A stretch of 32,000 bases of DNA from Candidatus Saganbacteria bacterium (GCA_026387835.1 JAPLKZ010000013.1:120001-152000), one strand, 5' to 3'. Positions 8,624-17,147 are shown, counted from the stretch's first letter. Made by a program: numbers and translations. Notes: generated by a model from the sequence alone, not told the origin.

Positions 8624-9934
8624 ATGGGCGAGATGGCCACAAGCGGAGGAGGCATCCATCCGGGTGCGCCTATAATATGGCCCACATTAAAACCCACTTC
8701 TTCTTCGCAGTCTCAAAGCCAGCAAACGCAGACGACCCAGACAACGGAGCAATCTTCGACGACATCTACGGCGCAGAGCAGCAGCCAGGCTGCCGCAACA
8801 TCGCAGTCATCTGCTGTCTCTCAGTCGGCGACCTCATCGGTCACAGTGACGAGCTCAGCTTCACCTCAGGTCAGGGAACTCACCGTAAATGACATAAAAA
8901 CCCATCTATTGTCTTTGCAGCTCGTAGATTCCGAAACAAACGTAAAACTGGCCTCACTGATGCTCAGGTTCGGCATCGAACTAAGCAGGGAAAATTTTGT
9001 AAAAGCCCTGGGGATGCTGGAGGGGACCGATAAATCGCTGAGTACCCAGGAATCAGCCCTTGTCCTATTGTCAAAGGGCATCACTGGGTCAAAAGAGGCT
9101 TTGACGATGCTCTCATCGCACCTGGCAGAGACTCCTGCGATCAGCAGCCAGCTTTCCTCTATCAAGAGCGCGATGAACCAGCTTTCCGGAGTCCTGGCAT
9201 CCAACCAGGCGCTTCTTTCACCGGTGATGGTATCCCAGCTGGCCGCCTTGCTGGCTCAATTCTCCGATGTGATCGAAGGGCTGCCAAAAAAATATAAATT
9301 CGGCAGTGAGAGCACGAATTCCATCGGAAGGGATGACCTGATAAATGATGTAAGAGCGTTAAAATCCCTGCTCGACGGTGTCCAGGAGAAAAACCTGTCG
9401 CAGGAAAACAAGACGACATCCGAAAACGAGGTTTTAAGATCAACAATGATGACGACTGCAAAAAAACTTGAAGGCCTTTTGGACAACCTTCTTTCGCAGG
9501 TCATTCTGAGCAAGAAATCCGCTGACGGTCAGCTGGGCAAGCAGGATTACCTTTATTATCAGATACCCAACAGCCTTGCGGACCCGGTAAAGACGATAGA
9601 CCTTATCATCAAGCGCGATCCAAACAGCAAAAACGCGGTGAACCCGGAAGATACGCAGATGGTGATAGGTCTTGAGACAGAGAACCTGGGCAAGATGGTG
9701 ATAGCTGTGACCCTGAAGGATAAATCAGTTAAGTTCCTTTTTAATACGGAGGTCGAAGCGACCAAAAAACTTGTCGATGAACAAAATATATTGATAAAAG
9801 AGACTCTCTCAGACAAAGGATATCATGTCGAGAATGTCTCTTCCCGCGTCAATACATCGATGTGCATAATCAAGCCTTACCTGATCCCGCTTCTGGGGCT
9901 TGACCATCTGTTCAGGATAGACAGTACTATTTAG
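8624..9934 (+). CDS. Flagellar hook-length control protein FliK-like
   Basis: 436 aa. The N-terminal ~60 aa tract is Ser/Thr/Gln-rich. The C-terminal block GLETENLGKMVIAVTLKDKSVKFLFNTEVEATKKLVDEQNILIKETLSDKGYHVENV fits the Flg_hook (FliK C-terminal) pattern L.pe.LG.v.v.v...v.v.f.a......L......L...L...G. It sits next to the FlhB-C paralog and the rod genes. The call rests on motif and context only. Confidence 0.55.
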   Translation: MGEMATSGGGIHPGAPIIWPTLKPTSSSQSQSQQTQTTQTTEQSSTTSTAQSSSQAAATSQSSAVSQSATSSVTVTSSASPQVRELTVNDIKTHLLSLQLVDSETNVKLASLMLRFGIELSRENFVKALGMLEGTDKSLSTQESALVLLSKGITGSKEALTMLSSHLAETPAISSQLSSIKSAMNQLSGVLASNQALLSPVMVSQLAALLAQFSDVIEGLPKKYKFGSESTNSIGRDDLINDVRALKSLLDGVQEKNLSQENKTTSENEVLRSTMMTTAKKLEGLLDNLLSQVILSKKSADGQLGKQDYLYYQIPNSLADPVKTIDLIIKRDPNSKNAVNPEDTQMVIGLETENLGKMVIAVTLKDKSVKFLFNTEVEATKKLVDEQNILIKETLSDKGYHVENVSSRVNTSMCIIKPYLIPLLGLDHLFRIDSTI

Positions 9935-9948
9935 ATCGGAAACGGAAA

Positions 9949-10314
9949 ATGGCCGAAAAAAAAGAAGCAGGGCCGGAACAAAAACCCGACATCGAATTGA
10001 TCCCGGCGGAAAAAAAACGCACAGCCGTCGCATTGAGATATGATATCGAAAAAGACGCGGCCCCTCTTGTCCTGGCTTCGGGAAGAGGTCTCGTCGCCGA
10101 TGAGATCCTCAGGATCGCTGAAGAGAACGAGATCCCCCTTTACGAAAATCCGCGGCTTGCAGATATACTTTCAAAGCTTGAGCTTGATACACAGATACCT
10201 CAGGAGATGTACATACTTGTGGCCGAGGTCCTCTACTTTGTCTATCAACTGGACAGGATGGCGGAGAAAAGACAAAATCTGGTAAAAAAGATAAAAGATG
10301 AGACAAAAAAGTAG
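9949..10314 (+). CDS. Free-standing FlhB/EscU C-terminal-domain protein (YlqH-like); no TM region and no NPTH cleavage site
   Basis: 121 aa. AVALRYDIEKDAAPLVLASGRGLVADEILRIAEENEIPLYENPRLADILSKLELDTQIPQEMYILVAEVLYFVYQLD matches the post-NPTH cytoplasmic subdomain of FlhB and the small FhlB-domain proteins typified by B. subtilis YlqH. Confidence 0.8.
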   Translation: MAEKKEAGPEQKPDIELIPAEKKRTAVALRYDIEKDAAPLVLASGRGLVADEILRIAEENEIPLYENPRLADILSKLELDTQIPQEMYILVAEVLYFVYQLDRMAEKRQNLVKKIKDETKK

Positions 10315-10396
10315 AGGACAGACTTACTGATCAGCCGTTTTGACACCCCTCGCCCCCCCTAAAAATAACGCCCTTTAAAAACAAACAAAAAAGTTC

Positions 10397-10424
10397 TTGA
10401 AATTTTGCAACGCTTGTGTATAAT
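10397..10424 (+). promoter_or_regulatory. Sigma-70-type promoter candidate TTGAAA-N16-TATAAT upstream of flgF
   Basis: Counted directly within the 152-bp gap between the flhB-C paralog and flgF. The perfect -10 hexamer is at 10419..10424. Confidence 0.45.
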
Positions 10425-10466
10425 ATATAACAAATGATAGATACAGAAATGAGGGCGGAATAATTA

Positions 10467-11225
10467 ATGCCTGACCGGATATTATCAATAGGGCAAAGTG
10501 CTCTCGAGAGCTCTGACGCAAAAGTCAAAGCGATGATGAATAATATCGTCAATGCCCAGACGCCGGGCTATAAAAAGTCAGATGTTTCTATAAAATCTTT
10601 CCCGCTGATGCTGGAGAACGAGACGCAGTCGCTTGAATCAGGCGGCCGTTCCGGAGCGATGATGCCCAAGGTGACCGGAGTATTCCGCGATCAGGCTCAC
10701 GGTCCGATATTCAAGACCGGCGGAGCAACGGATGCGGCAATAGGAGGCGACGGATATTTTGTCCTCCAGGGAAACGAAGGCGAGGTCTTTACAAGGGACG
10801 GAAGGTTCACTCTTGACCAGGACGGGAAGCTTATCAGTATTTCCGGAAAATATCCGGTCCTCGGAAAGAGCGGCCCTATCGTGGTGATCCCGGGATCAAG
10901 TATCGCGATCTCACAGAACGGAAGTGTTCTTGTAGATGATGTACAGGTCGACATGCTCAGGGTCGTGGTATTTAACGACCCTAAAAAGCTCGAACCGATA
11001 AATAATTCGCTTTTTAAAGCATCTTCTATTGATGAAGCGACATACGAGGAAGATGATAACCCGCGGGTCATACAGGGCTATATCGAATCTTCGAACGTGA
11101 GCATCATGGACGAATACATGGAAATGATATTGTTAAGCAGGATGTATGATGGAAATACAAAGATCATTCAGTCTAGAGATGCAGCGTTGGCTAAGGCCAT
11201 CGAGCTTGGAAAACCGGCACAATGA
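10467..11225 (+). CDS. flgF: Flagellar basal-body rod protein FlgF
   Basis: 252 aa. N-terminal rod motif (NNIVNAQTPGYKK) and C-terminal motif (VIQGYIESSNVSIMDEYMEMILLSRMYD). Lies immediately upstream of flgG. Confidence 0.85.
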   Translation: MPDRILSIGQSALESSDAKVKAMMNNIVNAQTPGYKKSDVSIKSFPLMLENETQSLESGGRSGAMMPKVTGVFRDQAHGPIFKTGGATDAAIGGDGYFVLQGNEGEVFTRDGRFTLDQDGKLISISGKYPVLGKSGPIVVIPGSSIAISQNGSVLVDDVQVDMLRVVVFNDPKKLEPINNSLFKASSIDEATYEEDDNPRVIQGYIESSNVSIMDEYMEMILLSRMYDGNTKIIQSRDAALAKAIELGKPAQ

Positions 11226-11259
11226 TAAATAGCAGGATAACAAAGGGAGGATAATAAAT

Positions 11260-12066
11260 ATGTTCCAGCCATTATACGTGGCCGCGACCGGGCTTAACAC
11301 TTTCGAGGATGAAATAACCGACATCACAAACAATCTCGCAAATTCCAAGACAGTCGGTTTCAAAAAGGGGCGGACTGAAAAAGAAAGCCTTTTTGTCATG
11401 GAAAAGAATTTCTCGTCGCATTTAAATGAAGCGATAAGAAGGCAGCAGGAGGAAGGGGTAGGGACAAGCGCGGTCGAGTTCGGTACCGGAGTCAGGGTCG
11501 TTTCCACCCCGAAGGACTTTACCCAGGGCACTATTGAGACGACGAACAATCCTACAGATATTGCCATATCGGGGGAAGGTTTTTTCCAGATAAGTATGCC
11601 TGACGGCAAGATAGCCTATAGCAGAGCAGGAGGCTTCCATGTTGACAGCGATGGTAACTTCGTAGACCCGAACGGCCATTTGTTGGACCCGCCGGTGATA
11701 TTGCCGCAGAATACGACAAGCATTCTTATAAAGGAAAACGGCATGGTGTTTGTTTCGATAAACAACTCGATAGACCTCACGGAAGTAGGGCAGATAAATC
11801 TTGCAAAGTTCACAAGTCCCGCCGGACTGAAAAGCCTCGGACAAAACCTTTATGAAGAGACGACAGCGTCGGGGTCTCCGATGATCGGACTGCCTACTCA
11901 GGAAGGATACGGATCGTTGCAGCAGTCGGCGCTGGAACAGTCAAATGTGGACGTCATTTCGGAAATGATGAGAATGATAATGGTCCAAAGGGTTTTTGAT
12001 ACAGTTACAAAAGCCGTGCAAACCTATGATGCGATGCTAACATCCGTAGAAAGGATGAAGGCGTAG
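11260..12066 (+). CDS. flgG: Flagellar distal rod protein FlgG
   Basis: 268 aa. MFQPLYVAATGLNTFEDEITDITNNLANSKTVGFKK and the C-terminal LQQSALEQSNVDVISEMMRMIMVQRVFD are typical of FlgG. GGGAGG SD. Confidence 0.9.
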   Translation: MFQPLYVAATGLNTFEDEITDITNNLANSKTVGFKKGRTEKESLFVMEKNFSSHLNEAIRRQQEEGVGTSAVEFGTGVRVVSTPKDFTQGTIETTNNPTDIAISGEGFFQISMPDGKIAYSRAGGFHVDSDGNFVDPNGHLLDPPVILPQNTTSILIKENGMVFVSINNSIDLTEVGQINLAKFTSPAGLKSLGQNLYEETTASGSPMIGLPTQEGYGSLQQSALEQSNVDVISEMMRMIMVQRVFDTVTKAVQTYDAMLTSVERMKA

Positions 12067-12090
12067 AAAGATGAAGGGCTAATCAACGGG

Positions 12091-12807
12091 ATGCTTTTAA
12101 AAAAGTCATCAACGCTATTGGTTTTTGGTATACTTTTATTAGTATTGCCTTGTTTTGCTGCTATGTCCGTAGAAGAAAATATTTCGGAAGCGGTAAAAAA
12201 TGAGATTGTCAGAAGAAACCAGGCGTTGGAAGACAGCAGGATCGATGTCGGGTTCAAAGATCCTGATGCGATCTTTGAGGGCCTGACAAGTAAAAAAGAA
12301 AAATTGACTTACAAAATAGGTATTCCGGAAAATAGAAGGCTTTCGGGAAATTTAGTGATACCTGTAAATGTCTATGCCGGCAGAAACTTTATTGAACAAG
12401 TAAACGTCAATTGTTCAATAAAAATATTCAAAAAGATATTGGTCAGTTCGGCGAAGATAAACAAAGGAGCAATATTGACTGGGAAAGAGATGTCTTTGAT
12501 CGAGAAGGATATTTCTGTCCTGCCCTCGACAGTCATATTTGAGCAGGACAGCATACTGGGCAAAGAGGCTATGACTTTTATTCCTAAAGGGACAGTCCTT
12601 CTCGACTGGATGTTCAAGGAGGTCCCTGTCGTGAGGAAAGGCGATATCGTAGAACTTTATAAAGCGGTTTCGGGTGTCAATGTAAGCGTGAAAGCGGTCG
12701 TGCTTGAAGACAGCTATCTGGGTAAAAACGTCAGAGTGAGGAACCTGTCTTCGCAAAAGACGGTGGAGGGCATTGTCAGAAGTTCAAAAGAAGTAGAGGC
12801 ATTATGA
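12091..12807 (+). CDS. flgA: Flagellar P-ring assembly chaperone FlgA
   Basis: 238 aa. N-terminal signal-like hydrophobic segment and a C-terminal SAF-type block (VRKGDIVELYKAVSGVNVSVKAVVLEDSYLGKNVRVRNLSSQKTVEGIV). Lies between flgG and flgH. Confidence 0.8.
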   Translation: MLLKKSSTLLVFGILLLVLPCFAAMSVEENISEAVKNEIVRRNQALEDSRIDVGFKDPDAIFEGLTSKKEKLTYKIGIPENRRLSGNLVIPVNVYAGRNFIEQVNVNCSIKIFKKILVSSAKINKGAILTGKEMSLIEKDISVLPSTVIFEQDSILGKEAMTFIPKGTVLLDWMFKEVPVVRKGDIVELYKAVSGVNVSVKAVVLEDSYLGKNVRVRNLSSQKTVEGIVRSSKEVEAL

Positions 12808-13175
12808 TATTCAGGCAGATGTTAAAAGCAAAGATCCACCGCTTGACGGTCACGGAGTCAAGGCTTGATTATGAGGGAAGCATAACGATAGACAAAACCC
12901 TGCTGGAAACTTCAGGGATAGTCGAATCGGAAAAAGTACATGTCGTGAATGTCTCGACCGGAGACAGGTTTGAGACATATGTAATGACCGGAAAAAAGAA
13001 TTCGGGGATCGTATGCCTGAACGGAGGAGCCGCAAGGATGGGAAGTCCGGGAGATCTCATCATCGTCATCTCGTATGCCGCAGTAGATGAAGATTCCCTT
13101 TTGAAGTATTGTTCCAGGAAAGTTCTGGTGGACGGTAAAAACAGGGTCAAAAGGATCATACAGGAGAAAAAATGA
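12804..13175 (+). CDS. panD: Aspartate 1-decarboxylase (pyruvoyl-dependent, pantothenate/beta-alanine pathway)
   Basis: 123 aa. MLKAKIHRLTVTESRLDYEGSITIDKTLLETSGIVESEKVHVVNVSTGDRFETYVMTGKKNSGIVCLNGGAARMGSPGDLIIVISYA is near-consensus PanD. The self-processing Gly-Ser site (G25-S26, YEGS/ITID) is intact. ATGA overlaps occur at both ends (12804..12807 and 13172..13175). Confidence 0.92.
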   Translation: MIFRQMLKAKIHRLTVTESRLDYEGSITIDKTLLETSGIVESEKVHVVNVSTGDRFETYVMTGKKNSGIVCLNGGAARMGSPGDLIIVISYAAVDEDSLLKYCSRKVLVDGKNRVKRIIQEKK

Positions 13176-13777
13176 AAAGGATACTGTCTTTCATTTTGAT
13201 CGCCGCAGTTTTTTCTCAGTTGGCCGTGCCGGCATTGTCGGATTCTTTGTGGAACGAAAACAGTTCTTCTTTATACGCGACGCAGAAACCGTTCAAACCG
13301 GGCGATATCATAATGGTTATTGTCGTGGAAAATACTTCTGCTGCCCAGAAAGCGGGCACGGATACGTCAAATCAGGACAATCTGAGTCTCAGCTTTACAC
13401 ACACGATCAACAAACTGACGCAGTATTTAGGTCCGCTGGGTACGCCTCAATCACTATCGGGTCAGGCGTCCTCAGCTTATAAAGGATCAGGCGACACTTC
13501 CAGGTCAAACAATGTTCTTGCCGTCGTGACCGCAACAGTCCAAAATGTTCTGCCGAACGGGAATGTTGTTATTTTTGGCACACACAAGGTGACTGTAAAT
13601 GAAGAAATTCAGGAGGTATTGATCAAAGGAATCGTGAGGCCGGCGGATGTAACGAGCTGGAATACGGTATATTCATTTCAAGTTGCGGATTCGACCGTTT
13701 CAGTTAAAGGTACCGGTACTGTCGATGAAGCCTCGTCGCCGGGGGTTGTCAGGAGAGTGCTTAATTGGATATTCTAA
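13172..13777 (+). CDS. flgH: Flagellar L-ring protein FlgH
   Basis: 201 aa. Signal peptide, then SLW...LY...A.KPGDIIMVIVVENTSA...YKGSGDTSRSNNVLAVVTATVQNVLPNGNVVIFGTHKVTVNEEIQEVLIKGIVRPADV, the FlgH signature. Confidence 0.9.
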   Translation: MKRILSFILIAAVFSQLAVPALSDSLWNENSSSLYATQKPFKPGDIIMVIVVENTSAAQKAGTDTSNQDNLSLSFTHTINKLTQYLGPLGTPQSLSGQASSAYKGSGDTSRSNNVLAVVTATVQNVLPNGNVVIFGTHKVTVNEEIQEVLIKGIVRPADVTSWNTVYSFQVADSTVSVKGTGTVDEASSPGVVRRVLNWIF

Positions 13778-14973
13778 GCAAAATGACAAGAAAAATATCT
13801 GTGGCAGTCCTTTTTACGGTGCTAGTCGTGACAGTCTCCTCATTTGCCGCGTCTCCGTCCGTAAGGATAAAAGACATCGCAACAATAGACCAGGCGCGCG
13901 AGAACCAACTTATAGGATTCGGGCTTGTAGCGGGGCTCCGGCAGTCAGGGGACAGCCAGCAGACCGAGTTTACAAAACAGGCGATAGCAAATCTTCTATC
14001 CCGCATGGGGATGTCTCCCCCGTCGCCCATAACAAGCTCAACGTCACGATCACTTACAAATCTATATAATTTTTCAACGATCCCTAAATCGCAGGAATAC
14101 AGGTCAAAGAACGTCGCCGCAGTGATGGTGACTGCTACGCTCCCTCCGTTCATGAAACCGGGGCAGAAAATAGATGTAACCGTGGCAAGTATAGGGGACG
14201 CCGCTAGCCTTAAAGGCGGCAACCTTCTGGCAACGCAGCTGCTGGGGATGGACGGTCAGACATATGCGGTGGCGCAGGGGCCTGTCTCTCTGGGCGGGGT
14301 CAGCGATTCGAACTTTTTACCTTTCAGAACGGATATAGCTACAACGGGAAGAGTTCCCGGGGGAGGGCTGGTCGAAAAGGAGATCCCCGTCAGTATTGAA
14401 GAAGAGCTGGCTCAGACAGACACGGCTGAAGCCTCCAGTTCGATCACGGGGTTCAAAATACTTTTGAACGAACCTGATTTTACGACAGCTTCAAGAGTTG
14501 CATACACAATAGCGAAAGAAGGCATCGATGTCCAGGCCCTTGATGCAGCTTCGATAATGGTCAGGGTCACTCCGGGAGATGACGCGATATCACTTATCTC
14601 AAAGATCGAAACACTGAGGGTCATTCCTGACGTGAAAGCAAAAATTGTGATCAACGAAAGGACCGGCACGATAGTGATCGGCGAAAATATCAGGATCGCG
14701 CCGGTAGCCGTCACTTACGGGAATTTCACCGTGACAATAGGGCCGGCATCTCTTACGTCAGGATTGAGCGAGACAGGGGGCATTCCTTTATCTTCAACGA
14801 ATGTAATGATAAAGGAAAGCAATAAAAAACTTGTCATCTTGAAGGAATCCGCGAATTTATCAGACCTTGTGAGATCGCTGAACTCGATAGGAGCCACTCC
14901 AAAAGACCTGATAGCTATCATTCAGGCTATAAAGCAATCCGGCGCATTGACCGCCGACCTGGAGATCATGTGA
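13765..14973 (+). CDS. flgI: Flagellar P-ring protein FlgI
   Basis: 402 aa from the TTG at 13765, which has an AGGAG SD 9 nt upstream; an alternative ATG lies at 13783. Signal peptide, then RIKDIATIDQARENQLIGFGLVAGL...KNVAAVMVTATLPPF.KPGQKIDVTVASIGDAASLKGGNLL.T.L.G.DGQTYAVAQGPV, ending LTADLEIM. Confidence 0.92.
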   Translation: MDILSKMTRKISVAVLFTVLVVTVSSFAASPSVRIKDIATIDQARENQLIGFGLVAGLRQSGDSQQTEFTKQAIANLLSRMGMSPPSPITSSTSRSLTNLYNFSTIPKSQEYRSKNVAAVMVTATLPPFMKPGQKIDVTVASIGDAASLKGGNLLATQLLGMDGQTYAVAQGPVSLGGVSDSNFLPFRTDIATTGRVPGGGLVEKEIPVSIEEELAQTDTAEASSSITGFKILLNEPDFTTASRVAYTIAKEGIDVQALDAASIMVRVTPGDDAISLISKIETLRVIPDVKAKIVINERTGTIVIGENIRIAPVAVTYGNFTVTIGPASLTSGLSETGGIPLSSTNVMIKESNKKLVILKESANLSDLVRSLNSIGATPKDLIAIIQAIKQSGALTADLEIM

Positions 14974-15296
14974 TGGATAATTTTATCCCGCCGGTGATCT
15001 TTAATCGCAACAGCGCGTACACCGGCAGCGTCACGCAGCCCGGTCCGGTGCAGGGCGATGCCGTGACGGCGGTCTCTTCGCTGTTTTTGCAGACCATGCT
15101 GAAAGAGATCTATAAAAACCAGTTTAAAAACGAACTTTTTACGACGGAAAACAATCCATCATCCTCGGTTTTTTCCGATATGTTCGTAGAACAGATGATA
15201 AATGAGATGGCAAATGCCGATACTTTCGGACTTAACAAGATGATCTCTTCGGCGATTGAGCCGCGGGATGTAATAGAGGAAAGCAAATGCCCGTAA
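14970..15296 (+). CDS. FlgJ-like rod-binding protein (N-terminal domain only, no muramidase domain)
   Basis: 108 aa. LFLQTMLKEIYKN...SVFSDMFVEQMINEMANADTFGLNKMI fits the Rod-binding family pattern. Lies directly after flgI, as flgJ does in proteobacterial flg operons. Confidence 0.65.
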   Translation: MMDNFIPPVIFNRNSAYTGSVTQPGPVQGDAVTAVSSLFLQTMLKEIYKNQFKNELFTTENNPSSSVFSDMFVEQMINEMANADTFGLNKMISSAIEPRDVIEESKCP

Positions 15297-16036
15297 GACC
15301 GAAACAAGAATCGTTAAAACAGCAACAGCCTTACAGGCCTGCCATGGCCATGGAGGCGTACCTGCCGCTAGTCCATTCGATAGCGGCTATGATCTCAGGG
15401 AAAGGCCTCCCGCCGAACATAGATTATAACGATCTTGTAAGCGACGGCACTATAGGGCTGATGAAAGCGTGGGATAATTTCGATCCTAAAAGGGGGGTCA
15501 AGTTCGAGACTTATGCTTCTTACAGGGTCAGGGGCGAGATACTGGACGGGCTCAAATATTACAATCCCGTTCCTTACAGGATACAGGTGATGATAAGGGA
15601 CCTTGCGAAAAAAGGATACGACACAATACTAAAACGCGGCGAAAAAGAGTCCGGCATCTCGACAAAGGATTCAAAGCTTCTCGAAAAAAAGAGCCTCAGC
15701 GAGTCGGAATTCAAAGCGGCTGTCACAAAGATCCAGAAGATAGTATCTGCTTCGGCTTTGATGTACCTTGTTTCACTGGAACAGGCTTCCGATTCTTCGG
15801 AGATCCAGGTATCCGGAGAAAGGACCCCTGTCGAGGAGCTTGAATCCAGCGATCTTAAATTAAGGCTTGATAACGAGATAAAAAGCCTTCCGAAGATGGA
15901 ACGAACGGTGCTCGAACTTTTTTTCAAAAAAGGCCTTAGCCAGAAGGATATTGCAAAGGACCACAAACTGTCAAGAAGCAAGGTCAACAGGCTTATCGCG
16001 AGGGCAATAAACAGGCTGAAGGAAAAGTTGAAATAG
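15287..16036 (+). CDS. fliA: Flagellar sigma factor, FliA/sigma-28 family
   Basis: 249 aa. Region 2 (DLVSDGTIGLMKAWDNFDPKRGVKFETYASYRVRGEILDGL) and region 4 HTH (ERTVLELFFKKGLSQKDIAKDHKLSRSKVNRLIARAINRLKEKL). Flagellar context. The internal Met (MAMEAY) is an alternative start. Confidence 0.8.
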   Translation: MPVRPKQESLKQQQPYRPAMAMEAYLPLVHSIAAMISGKGLPPNIDYNDLVSDGTIGLMKAWDNFDPKRGVKFETYASYRVRGEILDGLKYYNPVPYRIQVMIRDLAKKGYDTILKRGEKESGISTKDSKLLEKKSLSESEFKAAVTKIQKIVSASALMYLVSLEQASDSSEIQVSGERTPVEELESSDLKLRLDNEIKSLPKMERTVLELFFKKGLSQKDIAKDHKLSRSKVNRLIARAINRLKEKLK

Positions 16037-16045
16037 GGCATAAAT

Positions 16046-16339
16046 ATGGAAATATTCGATCCTACGATGTCAAATATTGAAAGTGCGATGGCGAGGAGCA
16101 TAAAGATCCAGGAAGTTACCGCGCACAATATCGCCAACGCGCAGACGCCCGGCTTTACGGCTAAAAAATTTGACGAGGTACTGAACAAAGCCGTCGAGCG
16201 CGAAGAAAATAAAACAGTGAATCTGGAAGAAGAAATGGCCGAAATGGCGAAGAACAACACCAGGTATTCGACATATGCAAAACTAATGTCGGCAAAGCTC
16301 GCCGTGCTGAGAAATGTGATATCGCAGGGGAGAAAATAA
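16046..16339 (+). CDS. flgB: Flagellar proximal rod protein FlgB (short form)
   Basis: 97 aa. HNIANAQTPGFTAKKFD N-terminal rod motif and a C-terminal heptad region. Lies immediately upstream of flgC-fliE. Confidence 0.8.
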   Translation: MEIFDPTMSNIESAMARSIKIQEVTAHNIANAQTPGFTAKKFDEVLNKAVEREENKTVNLEEEMAEMAKNNTRYSTYAKLMSAKLAVLRNVISQGRK

Positions 16340-16342
16340 GAC

Positions 16343-16783
16343 ATGGGATTAAACAGCGCGTTGGATATCTCTGTTTCCGCGATAAACGCCGAACGGCTTC
16401 ATATGGAGCTTATAGCAAGCAATATCGCAAATATCAATACTACGAAGACCGTTGACGGGGGCATCTACAGGAGAAAGGTGCTTTCCTATACGGAAAAACC
16501 GGTAACGTTTGAAGATGTCCTTGCCGGCGCGCAGAAAAAGGCCGAGATAAAAACAGGCGGGGGAGTAGATGTGTCCGTTACTGAAGATATGAGCGCCCCT
16601 ATGCAGAAAATATTCAACCCCGGTCATCCGGATGCCGATGAGAAGGGATACGTGACGCTTCCGAACGTGTCGTTGTCTACGGAGATGACGGACCTTATAT
16701 TTGCGGGAAGACTTTATGAGACGAATGTTACGGTCTTTAGCGCGACAAAAAAAATGCAAACTGAAGCTCTCCAGATACAGTAA
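16343..16783 (+). CDS. flgC: Flagellar proximal rod protein FlgC
   Basis: 146 aa. ALDISVSAINAERLHMELIASNIANINTTKT..G.YRRK and GYVTLPNVSLSTEMTDLIFAGRLYETNV are canonical FlgC blocks. Confidence 0.92.
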   Translation: MGLNSALDISVSAINAERLHMELIASNIANINTTKTVDGGIYRRKVLSYTEKPVTFEDVLAGAQKKAEIKTGGGVDVSVTEDMSAPMQKIFNPGHPDADEKGYVTLPNVSLSTEMTDLIFAGRLYETNVTVFSATKKMQTEALQIQ

Positions 16784-16796
16784 AGGAGACCGATAA

Positions 16797-17147
16797 ATGG
16801 CTGAAGGCATAAGCAGGATAGACCCGAATTTGCTGGCCCAGATCATGGGGCCCGAGACAACTCCTGCCGCCCCTGAAGTGGGCCAACCGTCAGCGGCATC
16901 CCCCGAGATAAAATCCTCCGGCATGACGTTCGACGATATCTTAGGTAAAGCCGTTAATGCGCTTGACGGGGTGAGCAATGTCGAGAACGATGCGAATTTA
17001 ATGATGGAAAAATACATGAAAGGCCAGGTCGACGTATCGGACGTCATGATAGCCACGGCGAAGATGAACATTGCGGTCCAGCTTGCGGTGGCTACCGTCA
17101 CTTCCGCCGTGAACACGTTCAAAGAAATAACTCAGATGCAGATCTGA
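16797..17147 (+). CDS. fliE: Flagellar hook-basal body complex protein FliE
   Basis: 116 aa. FDDILGKAVNALDGV...DVSDVMIATAKMNIAVQLAVATVTSAVNTFKEITQMQI matches the FliE C-terminal signature. AAGGAG SD. Confidence 0.85.
   Translation: MAEGISRIDPNLLAQIMGPETTPAAPEVGQPSAASPEIKSSGMTFDDILGKAVNALDGVSNVENDANLMMEKYMKGQVDVSDVMIATAKMNIAVQLAVATVTSAVNTFKEITQMQI

Noticed and set aside
10331-10552. 73-aa minus-strand ORF spanning the flhB-paralog/flgF intergenic region, and a 9-codon mini-ORF (10434..10463, MIDTEMRAE) just upstream of flgF
   Set aside because: The minus ORF overlaps the flgF start and the candidate promoter and has no SD. The mini-ORF has no SD and is too short to evaluate. The region is better explained as promoter plus 5' UTR.
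13683-14222. ORFs 13683..14069 (+, 128 aa) and 13761..14222 (-, 153 aa) across the flgH/flgI junction
   Set aside because: They are Arg-rich alternate-frame or antisense translations. The flgH and flgI frames are strongly supported.
16787-16795. GACCGATAA resembling the sigma-28 -10 element (GCCGATAA) just before fliE
   Set aside because: There is no TAAA -35 element at the required ~15-nt spacing. The motif overlaps the fliE SD and start region, ending 1 nt before the ATG, so it cannot function as a promoter for fliE.
15574-17122. Two long minus-strand ORFs (15574..16344, 256 aa; 16349..17122, 257 aa) antisense to fliA, flgB, flgC and fliE
   Set aside because: Their Ser/Phe/Leu/Ile-rich low-complexity translations are typical of the reverse frame of Lys/Glu-rich genes. 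They have no SD or motifs. The + strand genes have strong family signatures and an uninterrupted operon structure.
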